Origin: Sphagnum compactum
Lineage: Eukaryota
Reading direction: 5' to 3'
DNA length: 64,000 bases
Assembly: GCA_965153455.1 (NCBI GenBank)
Contig: OZ234493.1
Location: 13,816,213-13,880,212 of the forward strand
In this document: piece by piece, positions 1 to 12,378 of the stretch
Layout: each line of letters begins with the position of its first letter
Position numbering within the stretch: position 1 is the first letter of the stretch
Notes under the pieces: model-generated
What the model was told of the DNA's origin: nothing
Seen by the model: the letters and a program-made list of their open reading frames with translations, nothing else
Database searches by the model: none
Made by a program: the position numbers and the translations under genes

Positions 1-4
1 GCGA

Positions 5-1771
5 ATGCTCATCATGGAAGGAGCTAATGAAACATTCATACAATCTTGTCTCGGACAACATTTCAACCAATTGAAATGGCTCGTCATAAGTTCTGACATG
101 ACACAACTTCCTGAATCAATGCAACACCTTGTTGGTTTAACTGTTTTGCAATTGCAAACTTGTGAAAACCTATTATACATACCAAAATTTCTCATAAACA
201 TGACTTTGTTAATGCATTTAGACTTTGACGACTGTTCCAAACTGACTTCACTACCAACAACAATTGGTGACTTGAAGCATTTGACCAAACTAAATTTGGG
301 AGGATGTTGGAATCTTAAGGAGGTTCCTCAAACCATTGGAAACAACTCTTCATTATCAATATTGGACTTATCTTATTGCCAATCCATTCAATCACTACCA
401 ACAACAATTGGTGACTTGAAGCATTTGACCGAACTAAAGTTGGGAGGATGTGAAAATCTTAAAGAGGTTCCTCAAACCATTGGAAACATCTCCTCATTAT
501 CAATATTGAACTTATCTTATTGCCAATCCATTGAATCACTACCAACAACAATTGCTGACTTGAAGCATTTGACCAAATTACTATTGAGAGAATGTGAAAA
601 TCTTAAGGAGGTTCCTCAAACCATTGGAAACATCTCCTCATTATCAATATTGGACTTATCTTATTGCAAGTCCATTGAATCATTACCAACAACAATTGGT
701 GACTTGAAGCATTTGACCAGATTATGGTTGGAAAGATGTGAAAATCTTAAGGAGGTTCCTCAAACCATTGGAAACATCTCCTCATTATCAATATTGAACT
801 TATCTTCTTGCAAGTCCATTGAATCACTACCAACAACAATTGGTGACTTGAAGCATTTGACCAAACTAAAGTTGGAAGGATGTGAAAATCTTAAGGAGGT
901 TCCTCAAACCATTGGAAACATGTCCTCATTATCAATATTGAACTTATCTTATTGCCAATCCATTGAATCACTACCAACAACAATTGGTGACTTGAAGCAT
1001 TTGACCAAACTAAAGTTGGGAGGATGTTGGAATCTTAAGGAGGTTCCTCAAACCATTGGAAACATCTCTTCATTATCAATATTGAACTTATCTTATTGCA
1101 AGTCCATTGAATCACTACCAACAACAATTGGTGACTTGAAGCATTTGACCACATTACTATTGGGAGGATGTGAAAATCTTAAGGAGGTTCCTCAAACCAT
1201 TGGAAACAACTCTTCATTATCAATATTGGATTTATCTTATTGCCAATCCATTGAATCACTACCAACAACAATTGGTGACTTGAAGCATTTGACCGAACTA
1301 AAGTTGGGAAGATGTGAAAATCTTAAGGAGGTTCCTCAAACCATTGGAAACATCTCCTCATTATCAATATTGGACTTATCTTATTGCAAGTCCATTGAAT
1401 CACTACCAACAACAATTGGTGACTTGAAGCATTTGACCACATTATGGTTGGAAAGATGTGAAAATCTTAAGGAGGTTCCTCAAACCATTGGAAACATCTC
1501 TTCATTATCAATATTGAACTTATCTTATTGCAAGTCCATTGAATCACTACCAACAACAATTGGTGACTTGAAGCATTTGACCGAACTAAAGTTGGAAAGA
1601 TGTGAAAATCTTAAGGAGGTTCCTCAAACCATTGGAAACATCTCTTCATTATCAATATTGGACTTATCTTATTGCAAATCCATTGAATCACTACCAACAA
1701 CAATTGGTGACTTGAAGCATTTGACCGAACTAAAGTTGGGAAGATGTGAAAATCTTAAGGAGGTTCCTTAA
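5..1771 (+). CDS. LRR domain (3' part, 5'-truncated by the window edge) of a probable NLR/disease-resistance-type protein; ~10.5 tandem 48-aa units, each two 24-aa LRRs
   Basis: 588-aa ORF of repeated LPTTIGDLKHLTxLxLxxCxNLKEVPQTIGNISSLSILxLSYCxSIES. The frame is open from position 2, so the gene probably starts upstream. The LxxLxLxxCxxL consensus is typical of plant NLR LRRs. No NB-ARC or TIR is visible in the window. Confidence 0.85.
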   Translation: MLIMEGANETFIQSCLGQHFNQLKWLVISSDMTQLPESMQHLVGLTVLQLQTCENLLYIPKFLINMTLLMHLDFDDCSKLTSLPTTIGDLKHLTKLNLGGCWNLKEVPQTIGNNSSLSILDLSYCQSIQSLPTTIGDLKHLTELKLGGCENLKEVPQTIGNISSLSILNLSYCQSIESLPTTIADLKHLTKLLLRECENLKEVPQTIGNISSLSILDLSYCKSIESLPTTIGDLKHLTRLWLERCENLKEVPQTIGNISSLSILNLSSCKSIESLPTTIGDLKHLTKLKLEGCENLKEVPQTIGNMSSLSILNLSYCQSIESLPTTIGDLKHLTKLKLGGCWNLKEVPQTIGNISSLSILNLSYCKSIESLPTTIGDLKHLTTLLLGGCENLKEVPQTIGNNSSLSILDLSYCQSIESLPTTIGDLKHLTELKLGRCENLKEVPQTIGNISSLSILDLSYCKSIESLPTTIGDLKHLTTLWLERCENLKEVPQTIGNISSLSILNLSYCKSIESLPTTIGDLKHLTELKLERCENLKEVPQTIGNISSLSILDLSYCKSIESLPTTIGDLKHLTELKLGRCENLKEVP

Positions 1772-2455
1772 ACCATTGGAAACATCTCTTCATTATCAAT
1801 AGTGGACTTATCTTATTGCAAGTCCATTGAATCACTACCAACAATAATTGGTGACTTGAAGCATTTGACCACATTATGGTTGGAAAGATGTGAAAATCTT
1901 AAGGAGGTTCCTCAAACCATTGGAAACATCTTTTCATTATCAATATTGGAGTTATCTTATTGCGATTCCATTGAATCACTACCAACAACAATTGGTGACT
2001 TGAAGCATTTGAAAATCTGAAGGAGGTCCTCAAACCATTGGAAACATCTTCTGATTATCAATATTGGACTTATCTTATTGCAAGTCCATTGAATCACTAC
2101 CAACAACAATTAGTGACTTGAAGCATTTGACCACATTATGGTTGGAAGGATTAAAGAACTTCCTGAAACGATTAGAAGCATCTCCTTACTATCAATATTA
2201 TACTGATCTTATGCAAGTCCATTGAATCATTACTAATAACAATTGGTGACTTGAGGCATTTGACTGAGTTATTATTGGAATGATCAATTGGTGATTTGAA
2301 GCATTTGACCAAACTAAAGTTGGGAGGATGTCAAAATCTTAAAGAGGTTTCTCAAACCATTGGAAACTTTTCCTCATTATTAATATTGGACTTATTTGAT
2401 TGGAAGTACATTGAATCATTACCACAATAATTGGTGACCTGAAGCATTTGACTTT
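240..2455 (+). repeat. 144-bp coding tandem repeat (about 12 intact units plus degraded ones)
   Basis: 'ccaacaacaattggtgacttgaagcatttgacc' recurs every 144 nt from ~254 to ~1982. Confidence 0.95.
1772..2455 (+). pseudogene. Decayed continuation of the LRR array beyond a premature stop
   Basis: The stop at 1769-1771 is TAA where every other unit has CAA (gttcctCAAacc). The same frame continues with LRR units to 2020, then deletions, frameshifts and stops accumulate to ~2455. Confidence 0.85.
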
Positions 2456-2699
2456 GTTATTATCAAAGATTGAGTTTTATGAGTATAAAAGAAAAGTGTT
2501 TTATTTTTTGGAAAATCTTTAATTCCATAGCTAGATTTGTTGTTTTGATATTTTGTCATGTTTTCATGATTGGATTTTAATTTTGAAACTATCTATGAGT
2601 AGATTTGAATGAAGTAATTTTTATTAGTATTAGTTTTATGATATGTTTTATTCCAAATTTAAGTCAAAATATAGGGTTAAGAATTATGTTGATTAGACG

Positions 2700-4740
2700 A
2701 AGGAGTTAGGAATTTGAACTTCAACAAAAAGTTGCATTATAGTCAATAGGTTTGATGCAACAACATGACTTTAATACTTTGATTTATGAAGAAGAATAAA
2801 GATTCAACATGTCAGAAAGGGAGGAAGTAGTACCAAGGTATAGATCTACTTCACCTCCTTATTATCAAAAGGACCATGAGAATGAAAAGTTTGAACAAAG
2901 AACTCAGAATTTTGAACTTTCGATTCATTATGTGGTTGAGTAAGAAGCTGCAACTTAGGGCATCAAAATGTCCAGAAGAGTTGAGCTGGTATTTCTAACT
3001 AGATAGGAAACTATAGTCTTATAAAAAACAGAACCAATAATAGCAAAAGGTGTACTTGTGGCTATCAGAGTAAGGTATAGTGAACCCAGACTTAATCACC
3101 AAAGTGGAAGCATTGCTAGAGGAGTCCTAAGGGATTGGAGCAAAGGAATTCATAAAATGAATAAAGTTCCAAGACCTAACCCTCCACAATGCACATATTG
3201 TCATCAAATTGGACATTAGATTAATGAATGTCCATTTATTGAAAATAATGTGAGGCAAAAATTTGTTGAACATTTCTAGAATTTGAATCTAAAACTTGCA
3301 AGGGCAAAAAACCAAGGACATGTTGAGTTAGAGGATCTATACCATGAAAGGGTTAGAATTTCATATAGACTCAAAGGATAGATCTCAAGAGATAACAAAA
3401 TGGAAATGAGAGCTTAAATTATGGCAGATATAGTACCTATTTTTGTAGCTCTTGCACCAAATATGTTACATCATAACAGTGTTGGAATTACCTATGCAGG
3501 AGCTTTTTATTTTAAAATGGAACCAATAAGATCTGTACCATTATATTTTGTGGCCATGCTTCAATTTATGGTTATAGTTATTGAAGCTCCATTTGTAATA
3601 GCACCAACCCATACTGTTGTTGGTATGAGATTTAGACCACAAACTTTAAAGGTAACACAACTTGTCAATGTGCATAGAGAGATGCCCAAAGAGTTGAACA
3701 AAATTTTTGTTAGACAACCATCATATCCAACAGGAGGAGGATCAAGACCATTAGAACCATTAAGACTTCTAGGACCTTTAGGCTATTTTGGATTGCCAAT
3801 GATGAATTCAAGCAGACCACCATTACCACCAAACAAGCCTTATCCTCGGCCACTTATCTACCATGAGTATGTGAAGAATTCTAACCCAAATGCTCATGTT
3901 CGAGTTTTTAAGACTGCAATTAAAGCAAATGGTGAAACAGAAGATGTAAATATGTTGTTGTTAAAAACTTGTTAATATGTTTAGTTTTACCCTCAAAGAT
4001 ACTATGTCTAACTGGTGTAATAATTACATGGGAGATTACCTAGAATGTATTTTTGCAGAATTATAGTTGGTTTTCTATAAACGATTCAGAATAATTCAAA
4101 ATGATGAGCAAGTCTATCTTTAAAATGAAGTTAATTAGCCAATAGTCTTCAACACAGGACAATAGATAGTTTCCTAACTATTGTTTTCATATCTAGATTA
4201 CAACCATATTTGCGTGTAGCAACAACATGCATGAAGAAAGAAACCATGTAGTAGCATAAGGAAGGAGCTTTGGTTTGTGAGTTATAAGTAATTTATCAGT
4301 ACCACAAAATAGTAAGACAATATTAGTTCAAAAACCTCAAATTATCCTAGAAAAAACATGAATGTATTCTACAAACTGTCACAGAACAAATCACAATGTT
4401 GAAACATGTAAAATCAACAATAGGAAAAATCTATTCTTATAGTTTTTAAGGTTACCACTTAACAAATGAAAGTATAAAGACTTGTGAGGTATTCTTGTCA
4501 TATCTATGGTGACATTTGGCACAAGATCATAAATTGTCATGAGTATAGTGACATGTAGAATATGTTTAAGAACAAAGGAGTGAAGACTATAGAAAAACCA
4601 TATGTCATGAAGCCCAAGGTTGCGAATCCTTCAGTTCATATAGTGGATGTCAACATGGCTACTACCAAGAGAAAGGTTATTGAAGAGCAAGTTTTCAAGG
4701 ACAAAGGTCACGTGGAGGCATTCTAAATTCTAATGAACAA
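2700..4740 (+). mobile_element. Decayed Ty3/Gypsy-like retrotransposon gag region
   Basis: CCHC knuckle CTYCHQIGH*INECPF at ~3190. Gag-like YHEYVKNSNPNAHVRVFKTAIKANGETED then FSFTLKDTMSNWCNNYMGDY across a frameshift (~3860-4100). Further degenerate knuckles (NCHRTNHNVETC ~4375; CHIYGDIWHKIINC ~4495). Many stops. Confidence 0.7.
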
Positions 4741-7700
4741 AATTGAAGACTATTGTTTATGTTGTAATCACATAGAAATTCAAAGTGAAGATGTGGTTGT
4801 ATCAATATTTTGGGAATTATCAAAATGACACAGGAAACCTTAATTGGTAAAAGTTGCGGGTAGAAGGTAGAGTATATTCTTGTGACTTTTGAAGAAATAG
4901 AACAATGAATTTCTAATTGGATTTATCGTTTAGGAGTATTAGTTTTGTCTTCAGCGAAATGTCAAAGATTTAGCAGATGAAAGCTAGTAGAAGAAGCAGG
5001 AGAAGGCTTTGAAGAGATTTGCGAATCTACTTGGCGTGTCTCCTCTGTTTGTTGTTCGGGTGTGTGAGACCTACAATTGAAAAGGTTTTTAAACATGAAA
5101 AAGAGAAATGAAAAGTTTAATGTGTTGGAAGCACATTTTCCTTTGCAATAAGGAGGGATGTTAGGAATAAACCACATTCTAAAAGAAAATAAAAGGGAAG
5201 AGATGGAACTTTTAAATAATGATGAAAGAAAAGAAATGTTGGAGGTGAGGCAAGATGAAATGTGAAACTTGAATAGTGATTTCTGGATTGCTAAGATCAT
5301 TTGTTGACAACTGTTGAATTGTAGTTCTTTAAACTTATTTGCTACTTTAGTGGCTTGGTGGAGGTGTCGAAGCTTAGACCACTAGTTGTTGCACGTTGGT
5401 GTCGTCTTAGATGTTTTTTGTGGAATTCTAATTGCATGTTTCCTTCCTCTTATAAAAAGTTTTGTGCAATGTTCATGTGACGAGAATGATAATTTAGAAA
5501 TTCAAAGGAAGTTCCAACTTTTTGTTTTGTGAACATCATCATCTCAAGACGACGAACAAGAATGCTTTATGGTGAAAACTCCTACCTCTCTTATAACTAT
5601 GAGTGCAAAGAGTGGGGCCTCCACTTCGGGGATTTTGATGAAGGAGTACATTCAAAGGCCATTTCTATAAAGTATTTGAAGAAACCTTAAATCTTAATAC
5701 TTTAAACTAATAATATATAATTCGTTATTCTTAAATGTGTTTCTTTAAATTTCTTGATCTTGATCATTTAGACCTTATACCCTATAGTTAGCAAACAACT
5801 TTGGGTTGAATGTTTCTAGTTCATATTGTTTTTTTTGTGTAAAAAATTTGCCATTTAGCGACACGGTGAATTCAATTTTTAGAAAATCCCCAAAATAATC
5901 ATTGCATGTTTCTGATCATCCTTCAATAATTTTAGTTAGAATAAAATGCAACGACAAAAAGATTTAATTCTACCAATTTACTTTTTAAACATACCTCTGA
6001 ATTAAGTAATGACTATTCAACATTTCATAACAAGTTATCTTTTAATGTATATTTAAATGAAATTTACATAAGGAAACATCAATAATCAATTATTATGTAA
6101 TTTATCAAATATCTTATTAAATTTTCTATGTTCATGAACCCAAATTCAATATTAAATTAAAATTAAAATTTTATTTTATTTATCATTCAAGGATACACTA
6201 ATCTTTGATAAACAACTCAAAGGTAGTAAAATATTTATTAAATGGTTCATATTTGAAATATTTATTTAATGTTTCTAAAATTTAATGTATAGAGCTTAGA
6301 TTTAGGGTCATGGATTAAAGATGAATTATATGGTTTATTGTCGAAATTTGATTTATAAGGTTGAATAAATAATTACATAATTTCCTTCTATTATTATGGT
6401 AATATTTCATGTTGGATTAAATTTCTTAAAAATCATTATTGCACTAATATGTCATAATTCATAATTTACATGAAATTTGCATCCAGATCAACTACATCAT
6501 CGTAAATTTGTAAATTGTATCAACAAAAAACAATGGAATGCATTAGTATATACAATTTCTCTGTGTATATTATTGCATTTCATTTTTATGTGTTGAAGGA
6601 ATTTTATCCAACCATGTCACAATTGTTTATGTTGTTGTAGGTAAATCATATTTTCATCATCAAACTACTCATCATCATCATTATCATAAGCTCATGATTT
6701 CAACATGTCCCCTTGAGAAGAAGTTAGTTCACAACTTTAAAGTCTTTCCTTTCAAAACTTGATATCATATAGCACTAGACTTATTATACAATGTGAGTCG
6801 CATTTTATTTTTCAAATCAGATCTTGTTCTTGTTGCAATAAATCATGATCAACAATCCTACGTATTATTGTTTTTTATTTTTATTTTTTGCTTCATGAAA
6901 AAATTTGAACACATACCCATTAGGCTAAATTTTGTTCTATTTTTTTTAGCTTTTCCTTTTGGTGCTAGTGTCCACTAGGTGGTCAAGTTATTGCTTGGAT
7001 TTTTGGACTTTTAAAAAGTCTTAAATTAATTAAATATGTGTTATCTCCCTACCACTTTAGGAATAGGCATAATGTATTGACCTTTTTTTTTCTAGGAAAG
7101 ATAGTCATATGTAAAATGAAGCATTAAGGTGGCTCCATTTGAAAAATAAAGGGTTTATGATGAGGTGGTAGTTGATTAAATAACCCCATATTTTTTTAAG
7201 TCCTCCACACATGACTGTTTGTTTTGCACAAAATATGGAATAGAAGAGGCATATCAAAATGTATATGCAATTTTTTTTGAATTGGACATGTTTGTAAATA
7301 CATCTATTAATTAACATTACTTTTCATGATGGGTGAAAGCACATTAGGGTGTCACAATTTCGATGGATTAGAATCCCTTTTCAAAGTCCTTTTCTAGTGT
7401 AGTTGAAAACTAGCTTAAAATATGACTATATAGATGATATTGAAAATAACATTTTTTCCCATTTCCAATTTCAAATCATGATGTTATAAGACATAAAAAA
7501 TATCACAAATGAATTTTTTTTAAATGCTTAAAAGGGCATTTCAAACAAATTCAATTTTTAGGATTTAAAAAACTCCATAACACAATAAATCAAACTCACA
7601 TTCTATTCATTCAATGGATCTTTAATTTCTTGAACATAATTCTAGTATCCCAAATTTTCAAACTTATAAGATGAACACATTGTAAGATAAAAATCCATAT

Positions 7701-8459
7701 CCATGAGTTTTGCAGGTGTGACAAAAAGTGTGAGCAAAATTCAAAAGTCCATTACTTATTGATTATCCATGATTTTGATTTGATTTTTTCATTCTTGGAA
7801 GGTTGATTATGATAGCTTTAGATAAGTGAGTCCCATTTTATTATTCCAATGAATTTTATTTTATTTATTTTCTTCTATTTAAGAAATATAAAAAAGCCTA
7901 TCATTATGACATCCATATAAGGTCACCGTAATGCGCAAACACCCTGATATGAAAATGTGGTGGGTTGATTAAAATCATAATCTGTAAAGTTATGGAAGTG
8001 AAAATACTTTGCTACACCTATATTTAAAAACCACATGTTTAAAATAGGTTTGTGTATATTCATCAAAATCAAGCAGATGTCATTACCTACAAAGTAAATT
8101 GAAATTCAAGCACAAGTAGATCAAATATTGGATCTATCTTGTTTTTAAGTCCATGACATGCTAAATATACTAATGGACATTGAATTTTTTCATAATAAAG
8201 AACTAAAGTTTTTTCAAATTTTATATTCAATTCATAAAACTCAATGGAAGCATGGAGGCTTCCATAATAAAACTTAAAATTTTTGAACCAAGTTTCTTAT
8301 GTTTATGTTGAATAACCATTATATTTAAAATTTAGATTTGGGGATGTACTTTTTGGTCCACTTTACCATGCTTGGACCCAAATATATTGAGTTAATTTCA
8401 AATATTGAACATTTTAACATGACTTACATTTGGCCTATAACATATTAAAGTTTCGAATG

Positions 8460-9705
8460 AAATACTAGGGTTTAAGGTTTTGACTTTTAAGCAGTTAGGG
8501 TTTACAAATATTAATAAATTCATAAACCCACCAAATTATATGCAAAGTTTATTGTTTAGGGTAATGGTTTGAACCTAGGGTAATTGGTTTAGGGCTTAGG
8601 GTTTAGGTTTTTGAGTCTATGGTTTAGAGTTTTGAGTTAAAGGTTTAAAATTTAAACATTAGAATTGATTAATAACATTCAAGGTTTAGGGTTTTGAGTA
8701 TAGGGTTTAAGGTTTTTAACTCAAGGTTTAGGGTTTTGAATATAAGGTTTAGGTTTTTGAATTTAGGGTTTAGGGTTTTAAGTTTAGGATTTAAGGTTTT
8801 TAGTTCAAGGTTTAGGCTTTTGAGTCTAGGGTCTATGGTTTAAGCTTTTGAATTGATTACTAGCATATAGGGTTTAAAAGTAGGGTTTTAAGGTTTTGAG
8901 GTTAATGTTTGGAGGTTTACGGTTTATAATTTGGAGGTTTTGAAGAAAAACCAACATTGAACAATGAATCAAATAGATGACAATGTCATAGATTTCAATA
9001 TGGTGATTTAACGTTTAGGTTATAGGGTTTAACACTTTGATATATAGGGTTTATGGTTTTCATGCGTAGGGTCTAGGGTTTTGATTTAGGGTTTAGGGTA
9101 TAGGGTTTAATGTTTTGATGTATAGGGCTCAAGGTTTTGATACAAAGGGTTTAATGTTTTGAATATAAGGTTTAACACTTTGATGTATAAGGTTTAGGGT
9201 TTAAGGTATTGATTATTATGATTATGGTGATAGTAAGCTTTGTAGCCTTTAGGTGTGGTTTGGTTTGGTATATAATTAAAAGAAAAACAAGAATCGTAAT
9301 TTACATGTAATTAAAACAAATAGATGAAAGTTAAAACAATAATTATGATGATAATTTCAATAGCCATGAAACAACAAAAAAATATGTTTTAGAACTTTAA
9401 TAAATTCATAGACCCACCAAATTATATGCAAATTTTATTGTTTAAGGTAATGGATTGAGCCTAAGGTAACTGGTTTAGGTTTTGAGTTTAGGGTTTAGGT
9501 TTTTGAGTCTAAGGTTTAGGGCTTAAAGTTAAAGGTTTAAAATTTAAACATAAATTTGATTGGTATCATTTAGGGTTTAAGGTTTTGAATATAGGGTTTT
9601 GGTTTTTGAGTATAGGGTTTAGGGTTTTGAATCTACGTTTTTGAGTATATGGTTTAAGGTTTAGGGTTTAGAATTGATTGCTTGCATTTAGGGTTTAAGG
9701 TTTAC
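8460..9705 (+). repeat. Degenerate interstitial telomere-like (TTTAGGG)n array with an internal ~886-bp duplication
   Basis: Dozens of tttaggg/tttaagg/gttttga variants. The block 'ttaataaattcata.acccaccaaattatatgcaaa' occurs at 8511 and 9397. Confidence 0.85.
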
Positions 9706-10879
9706 TTTCAATTTTTACTATCTTTTATTCACAATGAATGTAATTACACCAACATGTACCATTATTAAACGAGGAAAGGAAAGAATGTGAAGAAAAAGAA
9801 AAGAAAAGAAAAGAGGTGAGAGAAGATCAACATATCAAGGGTTGTCAAAGTCAGATCTTTAAATCTAGATCTAGATCTATTGTGAAAAGATCTTGGAGTG
9901 AAATTTGGAAAGATTGTAGAAGACCATGAGACTCTTTTATTTTCAAAATTCCAAAAGAAAAAGATATGCTTTGTGAGAGTTATGAGATTTTGAAGATTTT
10001 TTGTGTCAGATTTGGGTTTTTGGTCATAATTCCTTTGTTTGAACATTTTTCGGTCTGTTTTATAACATTTGGGATGTTATAGATCATAAAGGATTGTATA
10101 TGTGAGAGGAATTTTATGTCATTTGGATGTGTAGTGAGAGAGATCCAAGTATCTAAAGTTTTAGCCTCAGTTTTGAAGTCAGTTTCGTTTGAAAGTGATA
10201 AATCTTTGTGATCATCATCAATAGAGCTGATATCTTGAGCCAATATTTTGAGCCAATATAAAACATATATATTTAATGTGTCGCCCAAAATCTCAAGGAG
10301 TTTGGAGTTGTTTAGAGCGAGTTGTAAGTCATTTTGTGTTTAGGTCCTAGTTTAAGGTGATTTCAAGGAAGTAGCAAAATCTCTCATATTATGAAGTTAA
10401 ATGAGCTGAAATTTTGAGAGATTGTAGTAGACATAGTTTTTCATGTTTCATCAAAATTCAGATCGATCCAAAGTCACATGTCTAGCTTTGCAAAGTTGTT
10501 GTGATAGAAGTTTATAGTGAAAAGACATTAAAACAAATTTTGAAGTGAAGCAAATATAACTTGGGAGAACTTGAAAGAAGGAATTTGAATATTAGGAACC
10601 GCAAATACATTATCAAGGCCTTCATACAAAAGTTTGGTATGTAATCATGTACTTAATACCATACAAAATATTATACAAGATACGTACATATACGTAAAAC
10701 CTATGTATAGTATAGAATTTCGTATAATACTCAAAACATACATATATATGCAAGGTCCATCTTGTTCAACCTTAACCCTAACCCTAATCCTAGAAACCTA
10801 AAGAAAGAAAACCCTAATCCTAATTTTAAAAACGCAAGGAAGGAAGTAAAATCATTTGTGAAACCCCAAGAAGACATTG

Positions 10880-11927
10880 AGTGTTGCCTTGAGAGATGGC
10901 GGTAGTTTTTTTCAAATTGGAATTAAGAAATTAGACAAGAACAATTTTCAAGTGTGGAAATTTAGGATTATGAATTTCTTGATGGGGAAAGGTTATCGGG
11001 AGTTCATAATTGGTGATGAGAAAGAACTTCCTTTCCCGGAAAACCCCACACAATAACAAATTCAAGATAATAAAACTTGACATGAAAAAGCTAGGAAAGT
11101 CTTATATTGGCTTTTTGTGAGTGTGTTCGATTCCAAAATTGTGCATATTCAAAATGCAAAATTACCCAAGCAAGTTTGGGATACATTGGTGAAGATGTAT
11201 AACACTAATACAGAAGCCCACAAAATGCAGCTCAAGCAAGAGTTGCATAATCTATAGAAAAACAAGATGAACATTAGTGACTATTCTATAAAGGTGAAAA
11301 ACCTTGCAGATGCTCTTGCATAGGAGCCCCTGTAGATGATGAAGATATAGTGGCCATGACCTTGAATGGATTTGGAAAAGACTATAGCCAGTTCTGTACT
11401 TCAATTGTAGTTCATTTCCTAATTTCCAAGACTTGATAACCTTACTTATAAATGAAGAGATGAGAATTGCTGGTACTTCATCCAATGGAGGAACACAAGA
11501 AAGTGCTTTTTATTCAAATACTAATAGAGGTAAAGGTAGAGGCGGTGAAACCTCATTTCGAGGTCGACAAGGAAGCTCGCATGGTGGACATCATCAACAT
11601 GAAAGTCAACTTCATGGAGGTGGACGAGGAAATTTTAGAGGAAGAGGAAGTCGTGGAGGTCGTGGTGGAAATCATCGAGGTCAACAACTAAATAACGACC
11701 CAAACTACTATTATTGCGCGAAACCTAGGCACATGGCAAAGAACTATTATCAAAGGAAACATGATGCACGAAATGGAAAGTTGTAACAAGGGAATTATGC
11801 ATCAACTAACAATCAAAGGTGATGAGCAATTATTTGTGATGCAGCACATGGCAAATTCAATGATAGGAGGTGTATCATATAATAATGTCTGGTATGTGGA
11901 TTTTGGAGCTTCAAACCACATGACGAG
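10880..11927 (+). mobile_element. Truncated, decayed Ty1/Copia gag-protease remnant
   Basis: LDKNNFQVWKFRIMNFLMGKG...KQVWDTLVKMY...KMQLKQELHNL (Copia gag), an RGG-rich segment, a degenerate knuckle YYCAKPRHMAKNY, and the protease motif WYVDFGASNHMT. In-frame stops are present and the match stops abruptly after the protease motif. Confidence 0.85.
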
Positions 11928-12307
11928 TCTCCAACAATGCCCTTGCAAGCAAAATGAGATTAATGCCATCATCGTCATCATCATGATCATGTGCCACTGA
12001 TGAATGGTGTGGAACAAAGTCAGCAAGACATTTATCGAAGGAGATAAGGAAGTTAGAGAAGTGGCTGAGATCTTAAGCACATCAGCACAATATGTCCACA
12101 TTCGCACATCACAATGATCAGCAGGTACCTTCACCTTCTACTCCCACACAAAAACCAAACAACACTCAAAACACAACTCTCTACATACCATACTACGTAC
12201 CATCATTTGCCCACCCAGGTGATGAGACAGACAGACTTTCCACAATGCTGAAAATTTGACTTCTTGACAACAAAGAGGTTGGTATATACATACAGTGGTA
12301 ATCATAC

Positions 12308-12378
12308 CTTGACATCAACTCCAACCACTGCACCTCCTTGTTCTATTGGCCCCAAAAATTGACATGTTTGTAATAATG
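12308..12378 (-). pseudogene. Isolated exon-like fragment resembling a FtsJ/RrmJ-family rRNA methyltransferase
   Basis: Minus strand reads TCQFLGPIEQGGAVVGVDVK, followed by a GTATG donor and preceded by TTGCAG. It resembles the (V)ACQSLGP..GG.VVG.D.K segment of plant FtsJ-like proteins as I recall it. No neighbouring exons were found. Confidence 0.55.
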
